Source: an uncultured bacterium (GTDB lineage: Bacteria > Zixibacteria > MSB-5A5 > UBA10806). Taken from it: DNA of 64,000 bases. The notes under the pieces are model-generated. The model saw only the letters and a list, made by a program, of their open reading frames with translations, had not been told where the DNA came from and searched no databases. The position numbers and the translations under genes were made by a program. This document shows positions 1 to 9,056 of this stretch, piece after piece (positions within the stretch are counted from its first letter, which is position 1; every line of letters begins with the position of its first letter). Where the stretch lies: the NCBI GenBank assembly GCA_965541585.1, contig CBEUCH010000001.1:256001-320000 (forward strand). Direction: 5' to 3'.

Positions 1-160
1 TTTATCCCTTTGGGTGCTGTCGGGCGATCCGGAGGTAGCATTAAACTATTGACTTCAGCCGTATTTCCTAATATCATATTACATCGACTCATCATTTTGT
101 CCGCAGAGCGTCGGTCAGGTAGCTTGACGGACCATTACTTGAAAACGGGGAGGATAGAGA

Positions 161-943
161 ATGATGAATTGCAAAATAGCCGGGATATTTCTTATGATCA
201 CTTTATTCACGAGTTGCGCTACTACCATTCCGGAGACAAAGTACATGCCTAAGGAGAGTGATGACGTATTTCCTTTTTTTACAGAAGGCCAGCCCATTGC
301 GGCGGTGCAGTCTACCAACGCTTTTATGTTAATGTCGATAGAACCAACTATTCTTGCTGATCGACGTTACGTTCGTCTTTGGATTCTCTATCAAAATACA
401 TCTGAAGAGCCATATCTATTGGAACCAAAGAGTTTTGTTTCCCTAACTATAACCTCAATATCCAAAGGAAAAACAGGCACGAGTACTCCTGAATCACCTA
501 CGAAAATTCTGGCTGATATCTCGAACGAAAAGGCCCTATCTATGATAATGCAAGCTATTGGCGGGACACTACAGACGATGGCGGCTAGACCGACAACCGC
601 GGAAACAAGATTTAATGACGGATCTTCAGCTACTACAACAATCAATGACCAACAAGAAAAGCGAGATATGGTAGCCGACCGAACAGCCGATGCCATGGCA
701 AACACAGCAATGTGGTATGAAATTTATCAAAATAGCATCAGCGACGGGATCCTCAGGAGAAATACCGTCTTCCCCGGGCGGAGCGTCAATGGATTCATTT
801 ATTTTCCATTTCCCGCTCGTAGGAAATGGAATGATGCGGATAATGAAAATTACCTTTCTAGCGCGAATGAATTTCTCAAAGTTGATCTTAACTTACCTGG
901 AGAAAGCCGAACTATTTACTTTACGCCCATTGAAGGCGAATAA
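161..943 (+). CDS. hypothetical lipoprotein
   Basis: 260-aa ORF with a signal peptide and lipobox LFTS-C. Purine-rich RBS (GGGGAGGA) upstream. No family recognised. Confidence 0.7.
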   Translation: MMNCKIAGIFLMITLFTSCATTIPETKYMPKESDDVFPFFTEGQPIAAVQSTNAFMLMSIEPTILADRRYVRLWILYQNTSEEPYLLEPKSFVSLTITSISKGKTGTSTPESPTKILADISNEKALSMIMQAIGGTLQTMAARPTTAETRFNDGSSATTTINDQQEKRDMVADRTADAMANTAMWYEIYQNSISDGILRRNTVFPGRSVNGFIYFPFPARRKWNDADNENYLSSANEFLKVDLNLPGESRTIYFTPIEGE

Positions 944-1003
944 TATGATCATCTTGGATTCTGTACCGACAAATGACATGGTTTCTGAAATATAAATAAA
1001 AAA

Positions 1004-1028
1004 GGACAGAACAATGTTCTGTCCCTAC
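1004..1028. repeat. REP-like palindrome ending in CTAC
   Basis: GGACAGAACA-A-TGTTCTGTCC followed by CTAC (GTAG on the - strand). Confidence 0.7.
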
Positions 1029-1093
1029 AGATAAATTGACCACTATATCGAAAGTGCGGGGTATGGCCGAACCCGAAAACACCCTGTCTATTT

Positions 1094-1753
1094 TCAGTTC
1101 ACACCCTTTCCAAGCAGAAGGCTCAGGCCGACGCTGAATTCCGGGCCGCTGTAATTTCTGCTTCCGCCGATAGGTTCATCGAAATCGCTCATCAGGTTGT
1201 ATCCGAGCCCGACACCCAGCATGAAATATCGACCCAGGATAAAGTCGACGCCGGCGCCCACCTGTCCGCCGAATACGGTTAGTGACCTCGATTCAACAAT
1301 GACTCCGTAAATGCCCTCCTCCGTTCTTTCCTGCTGGCCGATAAATGGTCCGACAGCCACTTTCACCATTGGTCTCACCGACGAATTTAATGTCGATCCG
1401 GGGAAATAGTATTTCACACCGAGCAGTATCGGTGCAACGAAGGCTGTTTGCGTGGATACCCCGGCGATGCCTGTTTTTGTCTCAAAATCCGCCAGTATTC
1501 CCCCGATGGTTATATTCAGAGCCAGGTTTTCCTGCAGCCAGTGATCATAAAACAGGCCGCCGAAGAAACCACTGGCTTCTGTAGACGTGGTTACCCTGCC
1601 GATACCTACTTCGGTTCTGTTGCTTGTTACCTGGTTCCACATGCCTAGCCTCAATCCAAGTCCATGTCGCTTCTCCAGGGGACCCGCACTGGAAACTAAT
1701 GCCAGCGTGAGAATAATACAGGTTGTAATCAAGATTAATCTTGGAAAATTCAT
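1094..1753 (-). CDS. outer-membrane beta-barrel protein (OmpW/OmpA-barrel-like)
   Basis: Signal peptide followed by Gly/aromatic amphipathic strands (LGVKYYF, GAGVDF, GVGLGYN). 219 aa. Confidence 0.7.
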   Translation of the reverse strand: MNFPRLILITTCIILTLALVSSAGPLEKRHGLGLRLGMWNQVTSNRTEVGIGRVTTSTEASGFFGGLFYDHWLQENLALNITIGGILADFETKTGIAGVSTQTAFVAPILLGVKYYFPGSTLNSSVRPMVKVAVGPFIGQQERTEEGIYGVIVESRSLTVFGGQVGAGVDFILGRYFMLGVGLGYNLMSDFDEPIGGSRNYSGPEFSVGLSLLLGKGVN

Positions 1754-1848
1754 TTTAACGCTCCATTGTTGAATTGGTTGACTATAATACCTATCTTAGC
1801 TACTGCAATTGCGGCTCTAAAGTTGCGCTATATTCCGACTTTTATTCT

Positions 1849-1963
1849 GCAGGGGCTGGTCTAAGACCAGCCCGAAAGAAGCGGGTCGATCTGAGATCGA
1901 CCCCTACAAAACGATATCTATTTTCTGGAAATAGAAAAAGGGCGAACAGCAGTTCGCCCCTAC
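1849..1963. repeat. cluster of three GTAG/CTAC-type REP palindromes
   Basis: GCAG-GGGCTGGTCT-A-AGACCAGCCC (1849-1873), GGGTCGATCT-G-AGATCGACCC-CTAC (1883-1907) and GGGCGAAC-AGCA-GTTCGCCC-CTAC (1940-1963). Confidence 0.8.
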
Positions 1964-1975
1964 AACAAGATTTCT

Positions 1976-2002
1976 TGGTTCCCAAGCGCCGCTTGGGAAC
2001 CA
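1976..2002. repeat. palindrome TGGTTCCCAAGC-GCC-GCTTGGGAACCA
   Basis: Perfect 12-bp arms. A related copy lies at 3320-3346, on the other side of kbl. Confidence 0.75.
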
Positions 2003-2012
2003 GAGATTGTGC

Positions 2013-3215
2013 TTACCCTATCACGCTGTGCTTCTTGCCGATCTTGATGAAGGCTTCAATGGCCTTATCGATATGGCTCATCTCGTGGGCGGCGGAAAGC
2101 TGAACACGGATGCGAGCCTGGCCTTTCGGCACCACCGGGTAGGAGAATCCGATCACATAGATCCCCTCGGTCAGCATGTCTTTTGCGAAATCCTGCGCCA
2201 GCTTAGCGTCGTTTTCAAACTTGCCGAACATGATGGGCACGATGGGATGATCACCGGGCACGATATCGAAACCGGCGGCAGTCATTTTCTCACGGAAGTA
2301 ACGCTGGTTGTTTTCGAGTTTATCGCGAAGATCGGTTGTTGCCATGAGGATATTGAATATCTCCAGGGTTGCGCCCGCTACCGCCGGAGCCAGCGTATTG
2401 CTGAAAAGATATGGACGTGATTTCTGACGAAGCCATTCGATCATTTCTTTGGGTCCCGCGGTGCAGCCGCCGCCGGCACCGCCGAGGGCCTTGCCGAAGG
2501 TGGTGGTTATGATATCGACTCGATCCATGACGCCGTTGTACTCATGCGTGCCGCGGCCGGTCTTGCCCATGAAACCGGTGGAGTGCGAATCATCGACCAG
2601 GACCAAAGCATCATACTTATCGGCCAGGTCGCAGATGCCTTTCAGATTGGCGATGTTACCGTCCATGGAGAAGACGCCATCGGTGCAGACGATACGGTAT
2701 TTACAGCCTTTGGCTTTTTTGAGGCATTCTTCGAGGTCGTTCATATCATTGTTGGCGTAGCGGAACCGCTGGGCTTTACAGAGCCGAACACCGTCGATGA
2801 TGGAGGCGTGGTTTAAAGCGTCGGAAATGATAGCCGATTCGCTTGTGAAAAACGGCTCGAAGACCCCGCCGTTGGCGTCGAAACAGGCGGCGTAGAGGAT
2901 AGCATCCTCCGTGCCCAGAAACTCCGAGACCTTGGCCTCTAGCTGCTTATGCAGATCCTGGGTGCCGCAGATGAAGCGCACTGATGACAGGCCGTAGCCC
3001 CATTTATCGAGCGTCTTATGGGCCGCCTCGATCAGTTTCGGATGGGATGACAGCCCCAGGTAGTTATTGGCGCAGAAATTGAGCACCGTCTCGCCGGTCT
3101 TGACTTTGATCTCGGCGCCCTGGGGAGTCATGATAACTCGTTCTTCCTTGTAGAGGCCGGCTTCGCGTGTCGCCTGCAATTCTCTGGCCAGATCTTCTTT
3201 GATTTTACCGTACAT
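2013..3215 (-). CDS. kbl: glycine C-acetyltransferase (2-amino-3-ketobutyrate CoA ligase)
   Basis: Motifs [41 protein letters not shown] (PLP Lys), SRPYLFSN and ARIRVQLSA. Confidence 0.96.
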   Translation of the reverse strand: MYGKIKEDLARELQATREAGLYKEERVIMTPQGAEIKVKTGETVLNFCANNYLGLSSHPKLIEAAHKTLDKWGYGLSSVRFICGTQDLHKQLEAKVSEFLGTEDAILYAACFDANGGVFEPFFTSESAIISDALNHASIIDGVRLCKAQRFRYANNDMNDLEECLKKAKGCKYRIVCTDGVFSMDGNIANLKGICDLADKYDALVLVDDSHSTGFMGKTGRGTHEYNGVMDRVDIITTTFGKALGGAGGGCTAGPKEMIEWLRQKSRPYLFSNTLAPAVAGATLEIFNILMATTDLRDKLENNQRYFREKMTAAGFDIVPGDHPIVPIMFGKFENDAKLAQDFAKDMLTEGIYVIGFSYPVVPKGQARIRVQLSAAHEMSHIDKAIEAFIKIGKKHSVIG

Positions 3216-3319
3216 TATCGCTCTCCTGTTATCAAACGTTCACCACACAGATTCGTTTTCAGGGTTTCCAATCTAATCAAAGGGCTGTTTTTTGGCAACG
3301 GGTTTTTGGGAGAACAATT

Positions 3320-3346
3320 TGGTTACCCAGCGGCGCTTGGTAACCA
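3320..3346. repeat. palindrome TGGTTACCCAGC-GGC-GCTTGGTAACCA
   Basis: Variant of the palindrome at 1976-2002. Confidence 0.7.
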
Positions 3347-3352
3347 GAAGGA

Positions 3353-3548
3353 TGGATGCCGCATCGAGTGCGGCATGACAGAGAGAGAGCTTTCGTCATT
3401 CCCGTGTAAACGGGAATCCAGAGGGGGGAGGGTGTGTTCTGGTCCTACGGATCCGTAGGAATTCCCAATCAAGTCCTACGGATCTGTAGGATTGGGAATG
3501 ACAATGGGATGTCAATGCGTATGCTATCAGGAGAGGATTCCTGACGGC
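3353..3548. repeat. composite dRS3/RPE-like palindromic element with nested 18-bp palindromes
   Basis: Units: TGGATGCCGCATCGAGTGCGGCATGACA (3353-3380); GTCATTCCCGTGTAAACGGGAATCCA (3395-3420); TGG-ATTCCCAATCAAG-TTGGGAATGACA interrupted by TCCTACGGATCYGTAGGA at 3443-3460 and 3474-3491; GCTATCAGGA..TCCTGACGGC (3523-3548). Confidence 0.85.
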
Positions 3549-3558
3549 GCGGAATTTT

Positions 3559-4443
3559 CTATTGAGTTGTATCTGAGACTATGTTTGAAACGTTTGAAAA
3601 GTAGCCTTCATTTGAAATCGTCGTCATACCAAACCAATAGGTCGTAGAATCCTGGAGGTTTTCCACGGTCATCGTGTCACGCGATCCGGGAGCCGAAGGA
3701 GTGGGTTCGCCGACTGCAGTGTCAGCAACGGTCCAATCGCTCCAGTCGCCTGATTGCCATTCATGGTCGAGATACCGAAGATCGTATTCCACAGGGTATA
3801 AATTCTGGTTGCCGGGGACCGTCCAGGCCAGAGTTACCGAGCTACTATCTGTTTCGACAACTTCGAGATCATCCACAGGAGGCGTAGGATAAATGGGTGG
3901 AGTCTTATTATGTACGAGAATGCCATTGGCTATAAAATTATTAAACGGTGAACCGACAGTTATATCGAAAACCCTGATCTCTTCTGAATCGATTTTTGAA
4001 ATCGTTGCAATAGCTGTTTTTAATTTATTTTGCTCAACAATATAGACTTTCGATAAACCATCGAACTGCCACGATGATGCTTTTTTATATGTCATTGTCT
4101 CTGGGGAATATACAGGATGGTCAGCAGAAACTTTGAGCGTATGACCTGAATCGGATCGGAACTGGATACATTTTCCGAAGCCCTGTTTTATACCGGTGAT
4201 CCTTGCCGGTGACAGGACGTTTTGACCAAAATCGTAGGACATGACATAATCACCGACCTTCAGCGATTTTACAGGCACGTAGCCTTCCGGAGTCAGAATG
4301 GTAGTGTCACCGGAAACACATGCAATTGTAGGCCCGATATCGCAGCTTATAAGCAAAATTGCAAAAGACAGCGTGAGACAATTTACGAAAAGATGATACC
4401 TCCTTGCGATCTGTTTGCCGGGATTGTTTAACTTTATCATCAT
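3559..4443 (-). CDS. lipoprotein with Hint (bacterial intein-like) domain and C-terminal Fn3-like domain
   Basis: Lipobox LLIS-C34. Hint block A CVSGDTTILT, block B KVSADHPVY, blocks F/G VFDITV..NFIANGILVHN. Then Fn3-like SSVTLAWTVPG..YDLRY..VENLQDSTTYWF..SNVSN. Confidence 0.85.
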   Translation of the reverse strand: MMIKLNNPGKQIARRYHLFVNCLTLSFAILLISCDIGPTIACVSGDTTILTPEGYVPVKSLKVGDYVMSYDFGQNVLSPARITGIKQGFGKCIQFRSDSGHTLKVSADHPVYSPETMTYKKASSWQFDGLSKVYIVEQNKLKTAIATISKIDSEEIRVFDITVGSPFNNFIANGILVHNKTPPIYPTPPVDDLEVVETDSSSVTLAWTVPGNQNLYPVEYDLRYLDHEWQSGDWSDWTVADTAVGEPTPSAPGSRDTMTVENLQDSTTYWFGMTTISNEGYFSNVSNIVSDTTQ

Positions 4444-4607
4444 TCCCTCCCGGATGGCCGGACGTTTCGTATAGGAATATTATCTTATCTCCATTTGTAG
4501 ATTGTCAAAAGATAAGACTCCATTTCCCGATACCGTTTTGATTTATCACCCTGTCTAATATACAGTGCAGATGTGAATTTATTCCATGATTATCAGTTTT
4601 TTTTGAG

Positions 4608-4731
4608 GTCATTCCTGCGGAAGCGGGAAGTTAGGGAACCATAGGCTGGTCACCATTCTGGATTCCCAATCAAGTTGGGAATGACAATGGCTTATCTATT
4701 CGCATGCTATCAGGAAGAGATTCCTGACAGC
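4608..4731. repeat. composite dRS3-like element
   Basis: GTCATTCCTGCGGAAGCGGGAA (from 4608), uninterrupted TGGATTCCCAATCAAGTTGGGAATGACA (4659-4686) and GCTATCAGGAA-GAGA-TTCCTGACAGC (4706-4731). Confidence 0.85.
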
Positions 4732-4743
4732 TCGCGAAGGTTC

Positions 4744-5820
4744 TTATCCCTTCGTATTAATATAGAAGTTGTTCTGGAAATCGTGAGATAGTCTTTTGAC
4801 CTCTACCTTGCTGAAGCCGGCATCATTGAGCATCTCGCGAGCTTTTTCCTCCCCCCACATTGCGCCCAGTCCTGCTCCGCCTTGGGCCAGCGAAACAGAC
4901 ATGCAATGCATGCAGGATATCGTGTAAAGAAACGGGCCTATAGGATGATCGACGTTTTTATGGACATGACTGGAACCAGCTATATCCTGCATCAAAAAAG
5001 TACCGTTGGGCCGAAGAACACCTGCAATTCCCGATAGAACCTTCCCGGGACGCGCTTGATCGTGGATGGCATCAAAAGCTGTTATCAAATCGAAATTCTG
5101 GCCGTCAAGGTCGAAGGATGTCAAATCCTTCGACTCGAACCTGACGTTCGTAAGAGATTCTTTCGACGCGTCCGACCGCCCCATGGCAATTGCCTCCTCC
5201 GAGAGATCATACCCCATAAAACGACTATCGGGATATGTTTTCGCAAGCAGATTTAACGCCCGGCCGGCTCCGCATCCGACGTCCAGCACGTCGATACCGC
5301 GCTTAAGATTGCCGATAAGCCCGGGGACCAGGGGGAGGATATGCTCGATCAGAGCGGCAACCACGGTCTGACCGCTATCCTCGGCCATCACCTCGTGGAA
5401 TCGGCCGTATTCGGAGTAGGGGACACCGCCGCCATTTTCGAAGCAGTCGATGATTCTATCCTCGACCGTACCCAATAACGGGATATATTGAGCGAAAACG
5501 GCAATATTATCCGGGGCGGATTCGCGAGTAAGGAATGCTGCATGCTCTGCCGGCAGCGAGTATTTCGAGGATTCGGCATCGTAATCGACAATCCCCCCGG
5601 TAACCATAGCGCCCAGCCATTCCCTGACATATCGTTCATTCAGTTTGCCATGTTGAGCTATCTGTTGACTTGTGCTCGGCGGCAGTATGCTCATCGTATC
5701 ATAGAGGCCGGTACGATGGCCGATAGATACCATCAGGGAAAGAGCCCCCTTGTTCAGCATATCGATCAAGCCCTCGGCGAATGCCTCGGCTTTGGCGGTA
5801 TCAATCTGTGAACCTGACAT
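4744..5820 (-). CDS. class I SAM-dependent methyltransferase with N-terminal HTH (Rv2258c-like)
   Basis: Motifs LNERYVREWL, VLDVGCGAG, FDAIHD, SCMHCMSVSLAQGG and GAMWG. Start placed at ATG 5820 because a GAGGAGG RBS precedes it. Confidence 0.9.
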   Translation of the reverse strand: MSGSQIDTAKAEAFAEGLIDMLNKGALSLMVSIGHRTGLYDTMSILPPSTSQQIAQHGKLNERYVREWLGAMVTGGIVDYDAESSKYSLPAEHAAFLTRESAPDNIAVFAQYIPLLGTVEDRIIDCFENGGGVPYSEYGRFHEVMAEDSGQTVVAALIEHILPLVPGLIGNLKRGIDVLDVGCGAGRALNLLAKTYPDSRFMGYDLSEEAIAMGRSDASKESLTNVRFESKDLTSFDLDGQNFDLITAFDAIHDQARPGKVLSGIAGVLRPNGTFLMQDIAGSSHVHKNVDHPIGPFLYTISCMHCMSVSLAQGGAGLGAMWGEEKAREMLNDAGFSKVEVKRLSHDFQNNFYINTKG

Positions 5821-5960
5821 ATTATTTTCCTCCTCTGCATGAAAGGCAGTGCCTGTCATACCGATTTTGCAATCAACGATTAAATGGATCGCTATTATCC
5901 ACAAACGAAAATATGTTTTCGGGCTTATTCTGTCAATCGGTTTTGTTGAGCGGAAAGTCC

Positions 5961-6118
5961 TGGATTCCCAATCAAGTTGGGAATGACAGAGGGGGGCGTA
6001 AGTGTCATTGCGAGGAGGCCGAAGGTCATACGACTCGTATGAGCCGACGAAGCAATCTCTACTTGAATCATGGTTTGAGATCGCTTCGCCCCGATCTTCG
6101 ATCGGGACTCGCGATGAC
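5961..6118. repeat. dRS3-like palindrome plus GTCATTGCGAG...GCAATCTC inverted pair
   Basis: 5961-5988 is identical to 4659-4686. 6004-6059 and 6077-6118 are inverted partners. The palindrome TCATACGA-C-TCGTATGA is nested at 6026-6042. Confidence 0.8.
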
Positions 6119-6367
6119 GGGAGAGTTCACGTGTCATAATTTATTATGACCGTTTCCAGCGTGCGGTCAGGAACCGGTGATAGGTCCGGTGGAGCACGAT
6201 CAATACCGCTGGTGCGATTTCAAGACGGCGATGGAGATGCTTTATTGGGAAGGAAATAAGGAGGCGCTAAGGCGGTGCGATGAGCGGGCGCAGTAATTAC
6301 CGAGCATCATAATCGCGGGCGCAACGTGCGATGGCCGGGTTGATTGGCATTAGCTTGCGGTTAATGA

Positions 6368-7639
6368 TTACTTAAATTGACTTCTCGGCCCCGCCGCGGT
6401 TATAATCCAGTCCTTAAAAATCCTTTCCACCTGATACATCATTTCCTTCCTTCCCGTTTGCGCGAATATAAGCATGACCGAGTCGCTCTTATTATAACCC
6501 GAGACTAATATCGGAATTCCCCCTAGCTGGTCGTTGTATTGCAGGGTGCCCCAGGGAATTTTATCCTGTAAAAACATGGCGTTAAGTGAATTTGTATAAT
6601 ATTCTACTTTATTATTCCCGATTACGGATAACAAATAGATATTCACCCTCTCGTGGCTGTCCGTAAATAATTTCAACACGGCCCTTACCGCCAGGTCTAT
6701 ATCCGTCGGCTTATCTAATCCGGGCCCGAGAGGATTTATATCCAGCCCATCCATGATCCCATCGCCGTCTGTATCGGCCTTGGCGGGATCGGTCCCGAAT
6801 GCGTTCTCCTCGACATTATAGAATCCGTCGTTATCCCAGTCTCTGGTCAAATATCTGGGCGATACCAGCTGATAAATGCCGTCCTGCGAATTCTTAAGGT
6901 AGGGGAGATTGGCAAATATATTAAGTATTGAATCGGATTCGGTTACAGGATTCTGCCGGCAAAAACCAGTAAACCAGGGTCCCTGCCAAGTATCGGAGTC
7001 AATTTCCTTTCTAATCAGCCAGAGGTTGTATAGGCTATCAGGGTAATCCCGCCTGTATATCAATCCCCACTTTATGCCGTCAGGCCCCGAAGTCTCGGCG
7101 ACAATTTTCTCGGCATCGATCTTGAGCCCGTCTTGCGACGGCCTTTGGAAAGTTCGTCTTCTTTTGCCGGTGTGATAATATTCTAATAATATGTCTCTGA
7201 AGCGTGATGTATGTCGTTCGCCCATCATCAGGGCGAGCTTTGTCCGATAAGCCCAAAACGCGCTATCCGAGTCGAAAATATACCTGTATTTTTCGGTCAA
7301 TAGAAATTCGCGCATGGTCTCGTAATCGACGCTATAGTCAGCGAACATGGAATCTATAACCAGAAGCTTCGATTGAGCTTCGGCGTCTAGAAATCTGTCT
7401 CGCCAAATCCGGCGGTAGTGTTCCGGCTCCCAACTATCTATGTATTCCTTCGTATTGCCTAATCTAATGGCATAATCCGTATTGGCATGTAGCAGGGAAT
7501 CGAAGAGCGTTTGTTTTTCTGCTCTTCCCGATTTTACCAGTCTCTCCAACATCAAAGAGTCCTCGTAATCGGAACCGTATGCTAATGAACTTATCCCGAG
7601 TATCAGAGTAATTGCCAAAGGCAAAATCCAAGCTCGCAT
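6368..7639 (-). CDS. secreted hypothetical protein with TSP3-like Ca-binding repeat
   Basis: Signal peptide. Contains DWDNDGFYNVEENAFGTDPAKADTDGDGIMDGLDINPL. Confidence 0.7.
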   Translation of the reverse strand: MRAWILPLAITLILGISSLAYGSDYEDSLMLERLVKSGRAEKQTLFDSLLHANTDYAIRLGNTKEYIDSWEPEHYRRIWRDRFLDAEAQSKLLVIDSMFADYSVDYETMREFLLTEKYRYIFDSDSAFWAYRTKLALMMGERHTSRFRDILLEYYHTGKRRRTFQRPSQDGLKIDAEKIVAETSGPDGIKWGLIYRRDYPDSLYNLWLIRKEIDSDTWQGPWFTGFCRQNPVTESDSILNIFANLPYLKNSQDGIYQLVSPRYLTRDWDNDGFYNVEENAFGTDPAKADTDGDGIMDGLDINPLGPGLDKPTDIDLAVRAVLKLFTDSHERVNIYLLSVIGNNKVEYYTNSLNAMFLQDKIPWGTLQYNDQLGGIPILVSGYNKSDSVMLIFAQTGRKEMMYQVERIFKDWIITAAGPRSQFK

Positions 7640-7761
7640 ATCTATCCCTCCTGAGCTAATTTACTATTGCCCTTTATAATAAGATACGAATTTATGGCTG
7701 TTTTATTCCCCTTGCCAAATCCGCTCCCGAACCCTAAATTCCTGCCGATCGCGTGCGTCGT

Positions 7762-7790
7762 GCGGTCAAGTCTCCGCACTCGACCGCTAC
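7762..7790. repeat. degenerate REP-like palindrome ending in CTAC
   Basis: GCGGTCAAG-TCTCCGCA-CTCGACCGC-TAC. Confidence 0.5.
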
Positions 7791-7929
7791 CAAAGCCTCA
7801 GGATGCCATTCCATTCCATCCTGACGCATAATACATTTCCTCCTTGCCATAATCCCCATAAAAAATTAAATTGCGCAACTGATGTATGCGCGTATGCGAT
7901 GATGTTAACCTGAACGAATAGAGAGCGGG

Positions 7930-8910
7930 ATGAAGAAACAGATGAAAAAGATACTGGTGACCGGGGCGGTGGGGCAGATCGGGTCGGAACTGACTATGGA
8001 GCTGCGCAAACGTTACGGCGCGGAGAACGTGATCGCCACCGGGCGGAAAACCAAACCGTCTGATGAACTGAAAAACTCCGGGCCGTTTCATTTTATCAAT
8101 GTCAATGACATAGACACGGTGGAGGAGATAGTCAGGAAATACGATATCGATACGGTCTATCATATGGCGGCCATACTCTCGGCGGTGGGGGAGAAGAATC
8201 CGCAGTTCTGCTGGGATGTCAACATGAACGGCACCATAAATATTCTCGAACTGGGTATAAAATACGAGATGGCGCGGATTATCATACCGAGCTCCATCGC
8301 CGTCTGGGGCGCGGGCGTGCCGCTGGATAACACACCGCAGGAATCGGTGCTAAAACCGACAACCATGTACGGTGTCACCAAGGTTTGCGGCGAGCTTCTT
8401 TGCGATTACTATGTCCAGCGCTTCGGACTGGATATCCGCGGGTTACGTTACCCCGGGATCATCTCCTACGAGACCCTGCCCGGCGGCGGCACCACCGATT
8501 ACGCCGTGGCCATCTATTATGAAGCGGTCGAAAAAGGCAAATACACCTGTTTCGTTCGGGAGGATACCAGGCTTCCCATGATGTATATGCCGGATTGTTT
8601 CGAGGGGACAATTCAGTTAGCTGAAGCTGATTTCTCAAAGCTGAAACATCATTCCGATTTCAACTATGCCGCCATGAGCTTCTCGGCCGGAGAACTGGCA
8701 GCCGAGATTAAAAAGCATATACCGGATTTTACAGCCACCTACGAGCCGGATTTCCGGCAGGCAATCGCCGATTCCTGGCCTAACTCCATCGACGATTCCG
8801 CAGCCCGTGAGGAATGGGGCTGGAAACCGCAATGGGATCTGGCAGCCATGACCGAGGATATGCTAAAAAATCTCAAGGAGCGAAAGGCGACAGGGACTCT
8901 GTATAAGTAA
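7930..8910 (+). CDS. tdh: L-threonine 3-dehydrogenase, extended-SDR (GalE-like) type
   Basis: Motifs TGAVGQIG, HMAAILSA, PSSIAV, YGVTK, PGGGTTDYAV, LPMMYMPD and RQAIADSWP. Kbl, the next enzyme of the pathway, is nearby. Confidence 0.9.
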   Translation: MKKQMKKILVTGAVGQIGSELTMELRKRYGAENVIATGRKTKPSDELKNSGPFHFINVNDIDTVEEIVRKYDIDTVYHMAAILSAVGEKNPQFCWDVNMNGTINILELGIKYEMARIIIPSSIAVWGAGVPLDNTPQESVLKPTTMYGVTKVCGELLCDYYVQRFGLDIRGLRYPGIISYETLPGGGTTDYAVAIYYEAVEKGKYTCFVREDTRLPMMYMPDCFEGTIQLAEADFSKLKHHSDFNYAAMSFSAGELAAEIKKHIPDFTATYEPDFRQAIADSWPNSIDDSAAREEWGWKPQWDLAAMTEDMLKNLKERKATGTLYK

Positions 8911-8916
8911 TCGAAA

Positions 8917-8942
8917 GCCGTCAGGTCAGGAGACCTGACGGC
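8917..8942. repeat. palindrome GCCGTCAGGTC-AGGA-GACCTGACGGC
   Basis: Perfect 11-bp arms. Same family as 3523-3548 and 4706-4731. Confidence 0.7.
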
Positions 8943-8963
8943 AAGGTAGATTAAGCATTTTTT

Positions 8964-9033
8964 AACGGTCTGGCGCTATCGCCCGGCCGTTTTTCATATT
9001 AAAAAAAGCCGCTTCCGAAATGAAGACGGCTTT
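8964..9033. terminator. paired intrinsic terminators between convergent genes
   Basis: AACGGTCTGGCG-CTAT-CGCCCGGCCGTT followed by a T run (+ strand), and A7-GCCGCTTC..GAAGACGGCTTT (- strand). Confidence 0.6.
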
Positions 9034-9056
9034 CGGCAATAAAGGAGGTATCTTAT

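Noticed and set aside
3907..4320. Classical mobile intein
   Set aside because: There is no homing endonuclease, the +1 residue is Lys, and the host is not a conserved enzyme. It fits a bacterial intein-like domain better.
3353..6118. Integron attC sites
   Set aside because: I saw no RYYYAAC...GTTRRRY framing, and the window has no tyrosine-recombinase integrase.
5781..6149. Short ORFs 5781-6149 and 5925-6137 (also 1774-2103, 9660-9896, 9744-9947 and 55848-56093)
   Set aside because: They are translations of palindromic repeats with no recognisable protein features.
6150..6360. Possible ncRNA in a GC-rich intergenic stretch with recurring GTGCGAT and GCGGGCGCA words
   Set aside because: I could not support a convincing stem pattern or family match. 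It may be decayed repeat sequence.
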